Source of the DNA: Marsupella aquatica
Taxonomy: Eukaryota; Plantae; Marchantiophyta
Length of the DNA stretch: 64,000 nt
NCBI GenBank assembly: GCA_973895155.1
Contig: OZ316894.1
Location: 867,968 to 931,967, forward strand
Direction: 5' to 3'
Made by a program: the position numbers and the translations under genes
Shown here: in pieces, positions 51,938 through 62,052 of the stretch
How the letters are laid out: each line of letters starts with the position of its first letter
Numbering within the stretch: position 1 is the first letter of the stretch
Notes under the pieces: model-generated
What the model saw: the letters and a program-made list of their open reading frames with translations, nothing else
The model's database searches: none
Told to the model about the DNA's origin: nothing

Positions 51938-53275
51938 CTACCAAAGAGTACCTCTACGACTCATGAGCTCGAGCACATCACGCCCTTTGCAATCAATGAC
52001 ACTTTCATCTCTTCCCATAAACACCCACCCTATACCCTTCCCATCATAAAGAAACATTTCTACACTTCCTGCCATTGCCCCATCTAATGGGGGCATTGGT
52101 TTTCGCATGTAAACTCGAAGAACAACATCGCCATGCCCAGGTCTATAACTTGGCCCTGTCCCCGGCACCACTACCCAGTCTAGTTGAGAGGGATTATTGC
52201 TTGCATCTGATCTGATGAGGAGGTCACCTCTCCTTGGCCAAAAGCTAGGAGCTATTGTTTCTAAAACATAATTTTTTCTTTCCCTCAAGGGCGCCAGCTC
52301 CCTAGGTTCCTTTTGCAAAAGGCCAGTTATCATCCACCTTCCTACAGTAGGGCAATCAGTTGTTTTCTGAATCAGCTTGAACAACTTAAAATCCTTGCAC
52401 ATCTTCCAACGCCTATCCACCAGCTTACCTAGCCTTACTATCTGATCCCCATGGTTCCACAGGTGCTTTCGCTGAACGTGATCAGTTGTGTAAAATTGCA
52501 CATATCCGGCATCCCTTATAGCATGCTTTCTTGCCCTTTGGAGGATCAATATGTCTCCAGGTCTGGCATGAAAGTTAGAATTTGTAAATTGCCCCAATGT
52601 TTTCTGCAATATGACCCTCTTGAGATTAGGGTCATTTAGATTTGCAGGATGGTAACGCCATGCTAGTGGACAATCATTGGTTGTTGGCACCCCTGCAGGA
52701 GGTAGGTAGGGTTTGAAAATAGGGGGTCCAGGCTTTTGTTCAGGTCTTAGTCTCTGTGTGCAATACCATGGGTTTCCAGGCCTTGACACAGTTGGCCAAT
52801 CTGGGTTTGGTTTCCCTAGACTTATCTCATATGGGCAACGAGAGTCTTCACTGAGGTCCATTTTACAAACATGTCGAGGATGTGTTGTAGGTTTTGTACT
52901 TTTAGCATTACATAAACCTATTGGGGGATATAGGACCTGCCCTCCCTCTAGCCCCCCCATTCCCAACCTATATCTTTCGCTATGGAGATTACCAACATTT
53001 GTTCTTGGCTCTACCTCTAGCCTTTGAAAACCTGACCAGGAGCCAAATTGCTTTGTGAGGGTATCCATGTCAGTTAGGTAGGGATGTGGCATCCAATGGC
53101 CATACTTGGGACCAGGGCCATTGTGCTTTCCCATGTAGGGATGTGTAGTTGAGTATGGATCACCCTTCCAACCATTGCACACATTTTTGTGAGCAGGATC
53201 ACCATTGAACCCTAAGGGCTCAAATGGATTTCTTGACTTTGTGCGACTCTTCCCTGACCTATATCTACCTGTCAT
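51938..53275 (-). CDS. Intronless orphan ORF, about 445 aa from the first ATG, with repeated P-x-x-G-D-hydrophobic motifs
   Basis: 1.4-kb stop-free frame of complex composition (many W, Y, C, G, P); no family recognised. Confidence 0.45.
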   Translation of the reverse strand: MTGRYRSGKSRTKSRNPFEPLGFNGDPAHKNVCNGWKGDPYSTTHPYMGKHNGPGPKYGHWMPHPYLTDMDTLTKQFGSWSGFQRLEVEPRTNVGNLHSERYRLGMGGLEGGQVLYPPIGLCNAKSTKPTTHPRHVCKMDLSEDSRCPYEISLGKPNPDWPTVSRPGNPWYCTQRLRPEQKPGPPIFKPYLPPAGVPTTNDCPLAWRYHPANLNDPNLKRVILQKTLGQFTNSNFHARPGDILILQRARKHAIRDAGYVQFYTTDHVQRKHLWNHGDQIVRLGKLVDRRWKMCKDFKLFKLIQKTTDCPTVGRWMITGLLQKEPRELAPLRERKNYVLETIAPSFWPRRGDLLIRSDASNNPSQLDWVVVPGTGPSYRPGHGDVVLRVYMRKPMPPLDGAMAGSVEMFLYDGKGIGWVFMGRDESVIDCKGRDVLELMSRRGTLW

Positions 53276-53299
53276 ACTCAACTTTTCTAATTTCAGCCC

Positions 53300-53492
53300 T
53301 TGCCCCCGCCCCCCCCCCCCTTCTGTTGGGAGCACTGTTGCCTAATCCTAGTTTTCCTTGTGCATCTTTCCAACAAGCTAGAACTCACCTACAATCCCAG
53401 CCCTTGCCCCACCTTCTGTTGGGAGCACTGCTAGCTGCCTACTCCTAGTTTTACCTATGCATCTTTCCAACAAGCTGGAACTCACCTACAAT
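53300..53492. repeat. Tandem duplication of ~90 bp
   Basis: CCTTCTGTTGGGAGCACTG...GAACTCACCTACAAT occurs twice. Confidence 0.9.
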
Positions 53493-54929
53493 GCTCCTCA
53501 GAAGTTGGTCCAACCGATCAAGGGTCCAAACCGTGCTTGTATGTAATGCATAGTTGTACTTGGTAGATCTAGGTTATATGTTCAGACCTTGATTGTAGTG
53601 GCAATATCCTAATGGTCACTGCACATTTGTAAAGAGCTAATGAAGTAACATTCATTTTGTTGTGCCACATACTGTCTCAAACGGTGACCGTGCATCTCCT
53701 ATGGCTTCTTTGACAAAATAATAGATAATCACTTGCAAACTGCATTCCAAAGACCATTGGCCCATAGCATCAATGTTTATAGAATGTACACGATTTGTAG
53801 CTGGAAGATGAGCAGGAAGCAATGCAAGTCCAATCTTTTTCTTGATGAGCAATCTGCAAAACACCGAGATACTTCTTTCTTCTACAAATATGATTGAGAC
53901 ATAGTAGACCATAATAGCTCATAGTTATAGAGAACACGATTGTGAGCAATAGATCACACCTTTCTTTGATCTGATGGATAACATTTTTTGTGTGCCCATG
54001 GCTATCATAGATGAGTAGTTTGTGATCCAAGGTACGAGAAGTTCTTTTTGCACTAGCCGACAAAAGGCCCACTTGACACCACTTGTATGTTGTGTTTGCA
54101 AGCCTTTCATGCAGAAGAGCAATGTGGCTGATACTTACCACCTGAAGGAGGGTGGAAAGCCCAATCATGAAGATTAGGTGGGAAATTTTCTAGGTAAAAG
54201 AAAAAGCCCTTTGAATCTGTAGAATAAACCCATCTTCAGGATATGGGTCTGAGCAGTTAAGTGCCTCTTAGTGTGCCCCGATTCATTTTGCCTGTCCTTG
54301 CATTGCTCCTTTTACTCACTTTTTTCCGTTTCTTAAATGTTCCATTCACTACTTTTTGTTTTGCCTCCTCAAACTTATAGCCTAGTCTTGGAAAACAGAA
54401 AGATTCTTGGTCTCCATCATGTGCTTGGGCTGCGCTTCTTTGTCTCAATCGTCTACTTTCATCTAGAAAACTAATGTTTGACCCATACTCATACAATTCA
54501 TTGTGAGCTTCCAATATTTGACCTTCCCTGAACCGATATTTAAGGTCTTCAGGGAGAGATTTTTCTAAATCAGGGGGAGTTCGGGGAAACCTGGATTGAA
54601 GACATGTGGACTCAAGGATTGGAGATTTCAAACAGGGAGCAGATGGTGCCTGACATCTCTCCAAATTCTGCTTGCAGTCTAACTCAAATTTCTCCCTTCC
54701 CAATTCCTTTGGTTGACCTAGCTTATCACCCTCGTCTTCGGTTGTGGAGCAGATATGTGTGAAATTAGCAGAAGGAACCCCCGCCCATGGACGGCTTCTG
54801 CTATTGTATATTGGATCCAGTAGGAATGAAGAATTTACTTAAACTGAAAACTCAAATTCACACCAACCTGTTGAGACAACGGCTATATACTCTTGCAGTG
54901 TTGTAGAAAAATCCACCACTTATGTACAA

Positions 54930-55300
54930 CTAGGAAATCAATAATGTTGGGGATTGTTTTGTCTCTTGGCCACAAGGTCTAGCAAGGAAAGGCCCAGAAG
55001 GTACGTGCTTTTGGTGCTTTATTGGGGAGGGGCGAGGAAGGAAAATCAACCTCTACATTTGCTGAGGCTTCTCTTGGGCTGGACAGAATCTTAGTGTCTC
55101 CTGGTCACAATGTGGTCCGAATTAGACTACTTACGTGCCTTAAGATTCTCTCCTCCTTGCCTTTATCTGGTCATTGGCTCACAGTGGAGTTTGCCTCCTA
55201 TGATGACCTAGATATTCCTAACCTAATTAGGTGGCTTCAATTAACCAAATATTTCTTGTTAATGTACTGGACTAAGTGGGCCAACCAGTTATCCAAGGGT
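54930..55300 (+). mobile_element. Decayed L1-type LINE ORF2 endonuclease fragment
   Basis: Peptide ...SLGLDRILVS...LPLSGHWLTVEF resembles the APE-domain motifs S-R-L-D-R-x-L-V-S and S-D-H. Confidence 0.45.
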
Positions 55301-56325
55301 GGTATGTCACTTTCAGGTAGGAAAAATTATGGTATCAATCTTATGCCATAGAGTTTGTATCATTTGGGGTCACTTGACACCCTCTCTACATTGCTTGAAA
55401 GAGGGTCCTTTTCCTTTGCTTTGGGAGTAAGACCTGTGTCTTGCTGCCAGAGCTCAGAGACTTGTGTGAGCTCAACCATTTTTAGCTACCCTGCCACCAA
55501 CATGAATTGTAACAGCCACCAACATGAATTGTAACAGCTGTAGCCATACTAGTTTAATTCTTAGTAGAGTTTGTGGAGGAAATGACCCTCATCTTGGATG
55601 CATACAAAAGTTTAATATGAATGGTTCCTGGCTTTTGAATTATTTGTTACTATAAGTAAAACTCCAACCTTACATGCAGTTCCACGACCTTCTCTTCAGA
55701 TGCAATTATAATGAGGACTATTGCATCACATAGGTCTCAGCTGTCGCTTCCCGTCAATGGCACAATCTACAACACCTCCCTAGCCTGTGTACTACCGAGA
55801 ACGAAAACAATTAATATAACTACTCTCTCAACAATGCAAATGAACAGTCGCGACTTTTACGAAGGGCCAATCAGAGGAAATAAAATTATTATTTTCAAGT
55901 ATGGGTGTTCTAGACTCTCTCTGAAAGCATCAGCCCTCAATTGCTCGAGAATAAGCAAGTGGCTACCCCAATCATCCATGTTGTATTCCACCAGGCCAGT
56001 CTAAGGTGGTCTTTCATTGACAACATCTAATGATAGGATTAAATAATGTTCCTGTTGTGTCCTTGTTTTGTGGCAAACATGGGGGTAAGAGCATTCATGC
56101 TGGTCTGCCATACAGGGCAACGAGTACCGAATATAGAGGGGTTTGTTCAGAAATCCATTTTTTGACTCCCCACCAGAATCACTAGCGTTCAGCTTATGCC
56201 CTGGCCCCAACTTTGCTCGCCCCTGCAGACCATTCCTACCCTCCAGTAGCGGCCCCAACTCTGCCCCCAATCAGACCTCCATTCTCTACAGACAGGTGAG
56301 ATTGGTTGTTGGGTTTTGGGTCCAA

Positions 56326-56779
56326 TAGGGTGTCTCAAAGCCTGGCCTTAACAAGATAAGGCCCTCCCATAACTATCTCAAGTATTATGAGAACTCCTGT
56401 AAAAGTTATGGGAGCCGATCTTCGGCTACCGTAATTAAGGAAAGTCTGCGGACTCAACACTTAGCCCATAACATTCCCACAACTTTAGGCGTGAATCCAG
56501 AAACCCAGGACTCCGGTACGGAAAGCCACAACCGAAGGCACGTGGGATTTGCTCCTGACGCGGTGAAGGCTGCTGCATTTGAGGTGGTGACTTATCAAGA
56601 ATGGAGGAAAAAGGAATATATGCTATGAGACAGGTGACTGTAACTCTGCCTTATGGGGCGGGTAATGCTACCTTTCCCCATTTTTAAAATTGCATAACTA
56701 GGTCCCATAACCAGAGTTATGGGTTATACCACAAATCCGTGACTTTCACTAAGTAATGACCCAGCTTTGAGACGCCCTA
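56326..56779. mobile_element. MITE with 16-bp TIRs (hAT- or PIF-like)
   Basis: TAGGGTGTCTCAAAGC and GCTTTGAGACGCCCTA (15/16); several subterminal CCCATAAC/GTTATGGG motifs; no 8-bp TSD. Confidence 0.75.
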
Positions 56780-57206
56780 ATATCTGACTGGCAGGAGGTG
56801 AGTTGGGAGCTCGTGACACTACAGCTTAGTGGTATGCTGGGGAGCCCTACTCCATGCCCATGAGTGCTCACCGACCTTGCCACTTCGGCCAATAGTGGCT
56901 GGGTGGCACGGATGGGTGGGACTGCTCTAACTGGGCAACATGCCACATGAGTAAACTTAACTACAGTAGGGTAGTGTGGGGAAGTAGGGGCCACCCACTT
57001 ATTCCTTTTGAACAAACAGTCCTCCGGTTTGCACTGTTAGAGGGGTATGCAAAAATGGTGATTTGCCACCAAAGAACTGCAAAATGGACTTCGAGCTCAC
57101 TCAGAGAGAAAAGGTTTCTTAGATTTGATTTTGCCGTTCGAAGGGAGGGAGGAACCCAGAGTCCAGCTGAGTACCCATATTCTTCACCTGTCAACTCAAT
57201 GTGAGA

Positions 57207-57500
57207 ATGGTCATGCTGGATGCAGATCCTTTTCTGAACAAGCTCACGAAGCTGTATGAAGGAAGTAGTCTGGTACCTTGTGGGTGACCCTAAAGCGCTC
57301 GAGTTTGCAAAGACGGGGCAAACGAAAGACCAAGAATGAGTCTCCAGTGAAGGAATCAGCGCACTGTTATCAGCAAATGACCATTATCGTTTTCAGATGG
57401 CATATGCTACTGTGTTGAAATTCAGCGCACATGGATAGTCTTAAGAAGAGGGAGAAAAAAGACAAGAAGGACAAGAAGGCCACGACAGCGACAAAGGTTT
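57207..57500 (+). pseudogene. SRP14: Processed pseudogene of signal recognition particle 14-kDa protein
   Basis: MVMLDADPFLNKLTKLYE, GTLWVTLKRSS, DHYRFQMAYATVLK and AHMDSLKKREKKDKK lie in shifting frames, with no introns and the YRCLxRATDGKK segment missing; downstream AATAAA at ~57736. Confidence 0.85.
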
Positions 57501-59298
57501 CGGGGTCTTGGTTTCGAGTGTGCGGAAAGCCTTTTGGAGAGGTTGGTTATAGGTTCTACCTTTAGTCATCTCAGTTAGGAAACCGATATATCTGATATCC
57601 GGCGGCAGTTGTGATTTACAAGAGCTTTGCAATTCAGACACTATGCAGCCTAAATGGTAGGTCAAAGTACATTTGGATCTCTTCGGGGACTAGTGATCAA
57701 ACAGTATCCTGGTGGCGGAGATAACTATCTTGAAAATAAAATCATTTCTCTTCATTGTTATATCATAGAGCAGTGATTTTTATTGATTTCGTGTTTCTCA
57801 CAATATATGTTTTGGAGGAAGGTCTGGAGATGAATTTGATTCTTAATTTATCAATTCTCGCCTGGATCTCGGTGCTTTAGTATCAGTTTTGAGTTATGTT
57901 CTTCACTGCTGAAGTTTTCATCTATCTAGATAGGATAGGTTTAAATGAAAGTATACGTCCAGACCGTTCCAAATGGAAAATTTGAGTTTACCTCGTAGAG
58001 GAAAATCACGGATTCGAAGCAAAATTGAACACCTGCAAGTGCAAAGCCGTGAAGCAGAATCTGAATTTTGAATATTATTTCCTGCAAGTAGCCCTACATA
58101 TGGATGTACCGTTTCCGACGTAGCCTCAACACATTGAGCATAAAGCTCACAAATGGTCTTACTTGAAGACAGCTGTTTGTAGTAATGTCAGAACTTTTCC
58201 AGACTGCAAAATATTTTCACCAATTCTGGCGTGAGTGCCCGTTAGGACATTCGAGTCAGTTAGGCCTGTTACTGTTGTTCGGTTTGGTTACTTGTCTTCA
58301 CCTAGGGGCCCTTATTTCTCATGACTGGCCTGTAAGGCTCTGGAGTTGATCTGAAAATTTTCAGGACAGGTTGGTCGTTAACGCGGTTGATACTCTTGCA
58401 ATCCACTATGCAATTGAATATAAACCTTGAAAAGTAAGCCGCTGAACTCCAACAGACATTTAAAGCTTCAGACTCCAACAGACTTCAGCTCCTCCAAAAG
58501 CTCATTTACAGATAGTCTTATTTGTTCCCCAACTGATAACTTAAACTTCTCAGATTGGACACTCCCTTTGTCAGACGCTTTAGAACCGGTAGATAACTCA
58601 ATTATGCCTGCCTTCGTCACTGACGGCAACTTAATTGAGTTTAACCTCTCATTAGACCTGGAATGTGACATAATCGTACCTAGATTGGCCATGTTACGGA
58701 CAATGTGAATCTGATGTGAAGATCTTACAGTTTCGTGCTGTTACTCAGTCATCGTCGATTGATATTGTGCGAGTGCTCATGTTCCAATCTGGTTGCGAGC
58801 CCTTGTAAAGAATTGTTTGCTATTGGGAATCTTTCGTAATTCGAGCTACGTCGTTCAATTTTCATTCCCTGCAGCTTCTGGCATAGTTAGTTGGACGCCG
58901 AAGCGTGAGGATTCTTCGTGAGAGGATTGGCCTCGTTATGCTTCGTGGATGGACTGGGATGTAGCTCCTCCCACAATTCTAGATGACTTCATTGCCTTCA
59001 GGCTGTCCCTCTGGTATACATCATGGTGACAGTGAGCAGTGATTCCAAAACATTTAGTCCTCAACAAGTGGGGGCATCAAACCTTAGGAAGGCCCTTTCA
59101 TTTGCTGTTGGGAAACTGCCGAGTAACAACACGAAGTTTGTAGTACATCTTGGACTGTGTATGTACCGTTGCTTCTGTCCTGTTTCTCTGTTCTGTTTTT
59201 GTTACCTTCATAGAAGTTTGACCAGTGTCAGACCACATGGTCGGCCTTCCTAAACCCGAGAGTGAAATAGTAAAGAGATTAAAGTTTAGCTTCCACAG

Positions 59299-62052
59299 CT
59301 AACTAAACGATGTTATGGTATAGTACAACTTCCCAAGCCAATTCATTGAATGGCAATTCTCCCTCCTTCGTGCTCCTTTTGCCGTCTGTTTGCTTTTCCC
59401 ATCCATGACTTTCACTTCAATCTTTTCCTTCATTTCCTTCTTGTATTTTACATCACACGTGGAGCCCTCTTCAACGGAGTTATAGTGGTCTGGTATTGCT
59501 TCATGGCGCAACATATTCACTGGGCTTTGGTTTGTTGGCGGGGATTTACTCATCTTTTCTTTGTTACACAAGCGATTGGTGGTTGTCAAAACCTTCTCCC
59601 TGCTACTATGTTTCTGCTCAGGATTGTTCCTTGTCCCGGTATTCTGCATTGGATCCTCCTGTATGCTAACTCTCCTTTCCGTGCTGCGCTCCTTGCTCTG
59701 ACTCTTGGGTCGTTGAGCAGTTCGCAGTTCCTTTTCCCAGTTAGCAAAGTGCTCTAAAGCATTGCCTTTCATGGCCTTCCGTGGACTGGCCATGGGGCTT
59801 CTGAACCTGGTATTCATCTCCACGGGTCTAAACCGAGGGCTCTGCAATCCGTTGTAGCTACTCATCTTTTGGGACCTAATTAGGGGACTTTTGAATCTGC
59901 TGTTGATTCCTGAGCGCAGACCAGACCTTTCTCTTCTATCATCTTTGCTCAGTTGACTGTAAAGTGCAACAGGCGCAGAGTCAGCTGCTCCTTTGCTTAA
60001 TGTTACCTTCCTCTCCTCATCTTTTATTTGGGCTCTCTTATTTCTTTCCCCTTTCAACTCTTCCTCAGTCCTACCCTTCTCATTTAGTTGTTTAATACGT
60101 TTTACCGGTTGCTCAAGTGCATTGTAATTACTTTCAGGTTTCGAGGTGTGAAGTCTCTCCTGAGCTTGCTTTGCTGACAACCTGTCTGCTTGAGCTTTGA
60201 GACACTCTCCACCGATCTTTTTGTCTTTCCTATCTGCTTCTTGTTCCAGGGCCCTGGCCTTTTCTACCGTCTTCGGGGTCGTCGATTTCAGCTGAGCTGA
60301 TCTTTGTTTGGCTCTAGCCCTTGCTGCTGCTATCTGTTCCTCTGCAGCTCTCAATCGAGCTTTTTTCATCCTTTGAAATATCAACACCTGTTTGTCCGCG
60401 GAAGAATTCGTGGGTGAATTCTGGTCCAAATTTACGAATTGACGTTGAATTTCTTCTTCGAAAACTGGAGCTAAGAGGGCGTTAAGACCACCTTTTCCTT
60501 TCTTTTGCAGGTTCCGCAATTGATGTTTCTGCGTCTCATGTACCCCTGAGTAGTAGTTATTATCCCAGCACCCACGGTAATGCAATGGCATTTCATTTGG
60601 ACGCTTTGACCTAGAGCTATTGTACTTTTCTCTGTTCCTCCGTCTGTTGTAACTTTCTTCGATTCTCCTCAGGGCCTCCAAATGGAAGAGTGCCCTTTTT
60701 TGCAATTCTTTTTCTTCTTCCTCTTCTTCCTCTTGCTTTGCTGCTCTCCCGTTGTCAGCCTCCGCACCTCCTAGTGGACATTTGTCAAATCTTGTCGCCC
60801 ACTTATCTCCTTGGCATGATCTGTAACTTCTGGAATCTATGGAGCTAGGCGGATGAAAAAGGAAGGTTGCTGTTCGACCCTTGTTTTCTGTGGAATTCTC
60901 GATTGTCCTTCGCTCCTTTTTCTTAACTGTATAAAAAATTGGGCGTGTAGAAGCCCTCTTCGGTCCTTTAGACTCTGCCTGTTCCCTTGGAGCTTGTATT
61001 TGATCTGTAACTACTCTAATAAGTTTATTCTCCTGTCCAGTCCCACGTTTTGCTGTTGTATCAGGTTGAAGCGTATTCTCATTAGCAACTCTTAGCTCCT
61101 TGTCGGCATTTTGCTTCACCTTTTGGACCGTATTTTCATGAGCAATTCTTAGCTCTTTGTCAGCTTGTTGAATTATCTTTCCGTATGAGATGGGACGAAA
61201 TCTTAGTTCTTGTGAATAGGTCTCATCTCGTTCTGTTGACTGTTTCTCATTGCTTTCCCCTGCCCCGTTCTCAGCCCTATCATGTTCCTCTTCCGTTTTT
61301 CCCTCCCCTTTCGCCTCTAGCTCCATGGGTTTCCCACTTTTCTCTTCATCAGATTGGAGACCTTTGGCTTCTGCACCATCACGGACGGACAATTCCATTT
61401 CCTTCGAGTCTTCTACTTCTTTGGACTTTTTTTCTCTTTTCTCCATCAATTTTGTTGTGTCCCCTAGATTTCCAAGTCTTTTCTCGTGCTCCGCCCGTAT
61501 TTCTCCAATCACTCTTGCTTTCTCAGCCTCAAGGTATCTGACAGTGTCACCACAACTGAGAGATCCTATCTTTACCTTGATTCTGTTCGGGGATTGGTCT
61601 TTTCTGTGACTTTCCTTATGTGCCCATAGTTTAACATATGTATTCCTGCTTTTCGATTCTGGTCGACTTAAGTCTTGAAAGTTGCTACTAATTGAGTCCT
61701 TTCCTTCAGAACAACTTTTCGGTCTTTCAAGGACATTTTCTTTCATTTTGTAATCCTCTTCGTTGAGACTTGAACATTCACTTCCAGGACCCACTTGACT
61801 CTCTCTCTTCTCGTTTTTTTCTGTCGCTGTCACGACATAGTCCAAATCGTCTCCCCGTTCGTCGTTTTCTTGCAAAGCTATTTCCTCTTTGTGGCTACCT
61901 TTTTTTGACTCGATTACTTTTCTCTGCTGGTGGACAACTCCCGCCTTCCCTCTATCCGTGCTTTTTATGTCATCCACGCCAACTTTCGGGTTTCTTTGAG
62001 TATCGTCCTGTGTCGTGTCTTTCTTTCTGGCCCTTCCCATTTCGATTCTCAT
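59299..62052 (-). CDS. Intronless 917-aa K/E/R/S-rich protein with coiled-coil segments, weakly remorin-like
   Basis: 2.75-kb open frame from ATG; internal repeat ADKELRxAxENTxQ twice; AEKAR and AAARARAKQR helices. Confidence 0.6.
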   Translation of the reverse strand: MRIEMGRARKKDTTQDDTQRNPKVGVDDIKSTDRGKAGVVHQQRKVIESKKGSHKEEIALQENDERGDDLDYVVTATEKNEKRESQVGPGSECSSLNEEDYKMKENVLERPKSCSEGKDSISSNFQDLSRPESKSRNTYVKLWAHKESHRKDQSPNRIKVKIGSLSCGDTVRYLEAEKARVIGEIRAEHEKRLGNLGDTTKLMEKREKKSKEVEDSKEMELSVRDGAEAKGLQSDEEKSGKPMELEAKGEGKTEEEHDRAENGAGESNEKQSTERDETYSQELRFRPISYGKIIQQADKELRIAHENTVQKVKQNADKELRVANENTLQPDTTAKRGTGQENKLIRVVTDQIQAPREQAESKGPKRASTRPIFYTVKKKERRTIENSTENKGRTATFLFHPPSSIDSRSYRSCQGDKWATRFDKCPLGGAEADNGRAAKQEEEEEEEKELQKRALFHLEALRRIEESYNRRRNREKYNSSRSKRPNEMPLHYRGCWDNNYYSGVHETQKHQLRNLQKKGKGGLNALLAPVFEEEIQRQFVNLDQNSPTNSSADKQVLIFQRMKKARLRAAEEQIAAARARAKQRSAQLKSTTPKTVEKARALEQEADRKDKKIGGECLKAQADRLSAKQAQERLHTSKPESNYNALEQPVKRIKQLNEKGRTEEELKGERNKRAQIKDEERKVTLSKGAADSAPVALYSQLSKDDRRERSGLRSGINSRFKSPLIRSQKMSSYNGLQSPRFRPVEMNTRFRSPMASPRKAMKGNALEHFANWEKELRTAQRPKSQSKERSTERRVSIQEDPMQNTGTRNNPEQKHSSREKVLTTTNRLCNKEKMSKSPPTNQSPVNMLRHEAIPDHYNSVEEGSTCDVKYKKEMKEKIEVKVMDGKSKQTAKGARRRENCHSMNWLGKLYYTITSFS

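Noticed and set aside
58468-58710. Possible extra coding exon downstream of the 917-aa ORF
   Set aside because: No convincing donor before the ORF stop and no recognisable domain.
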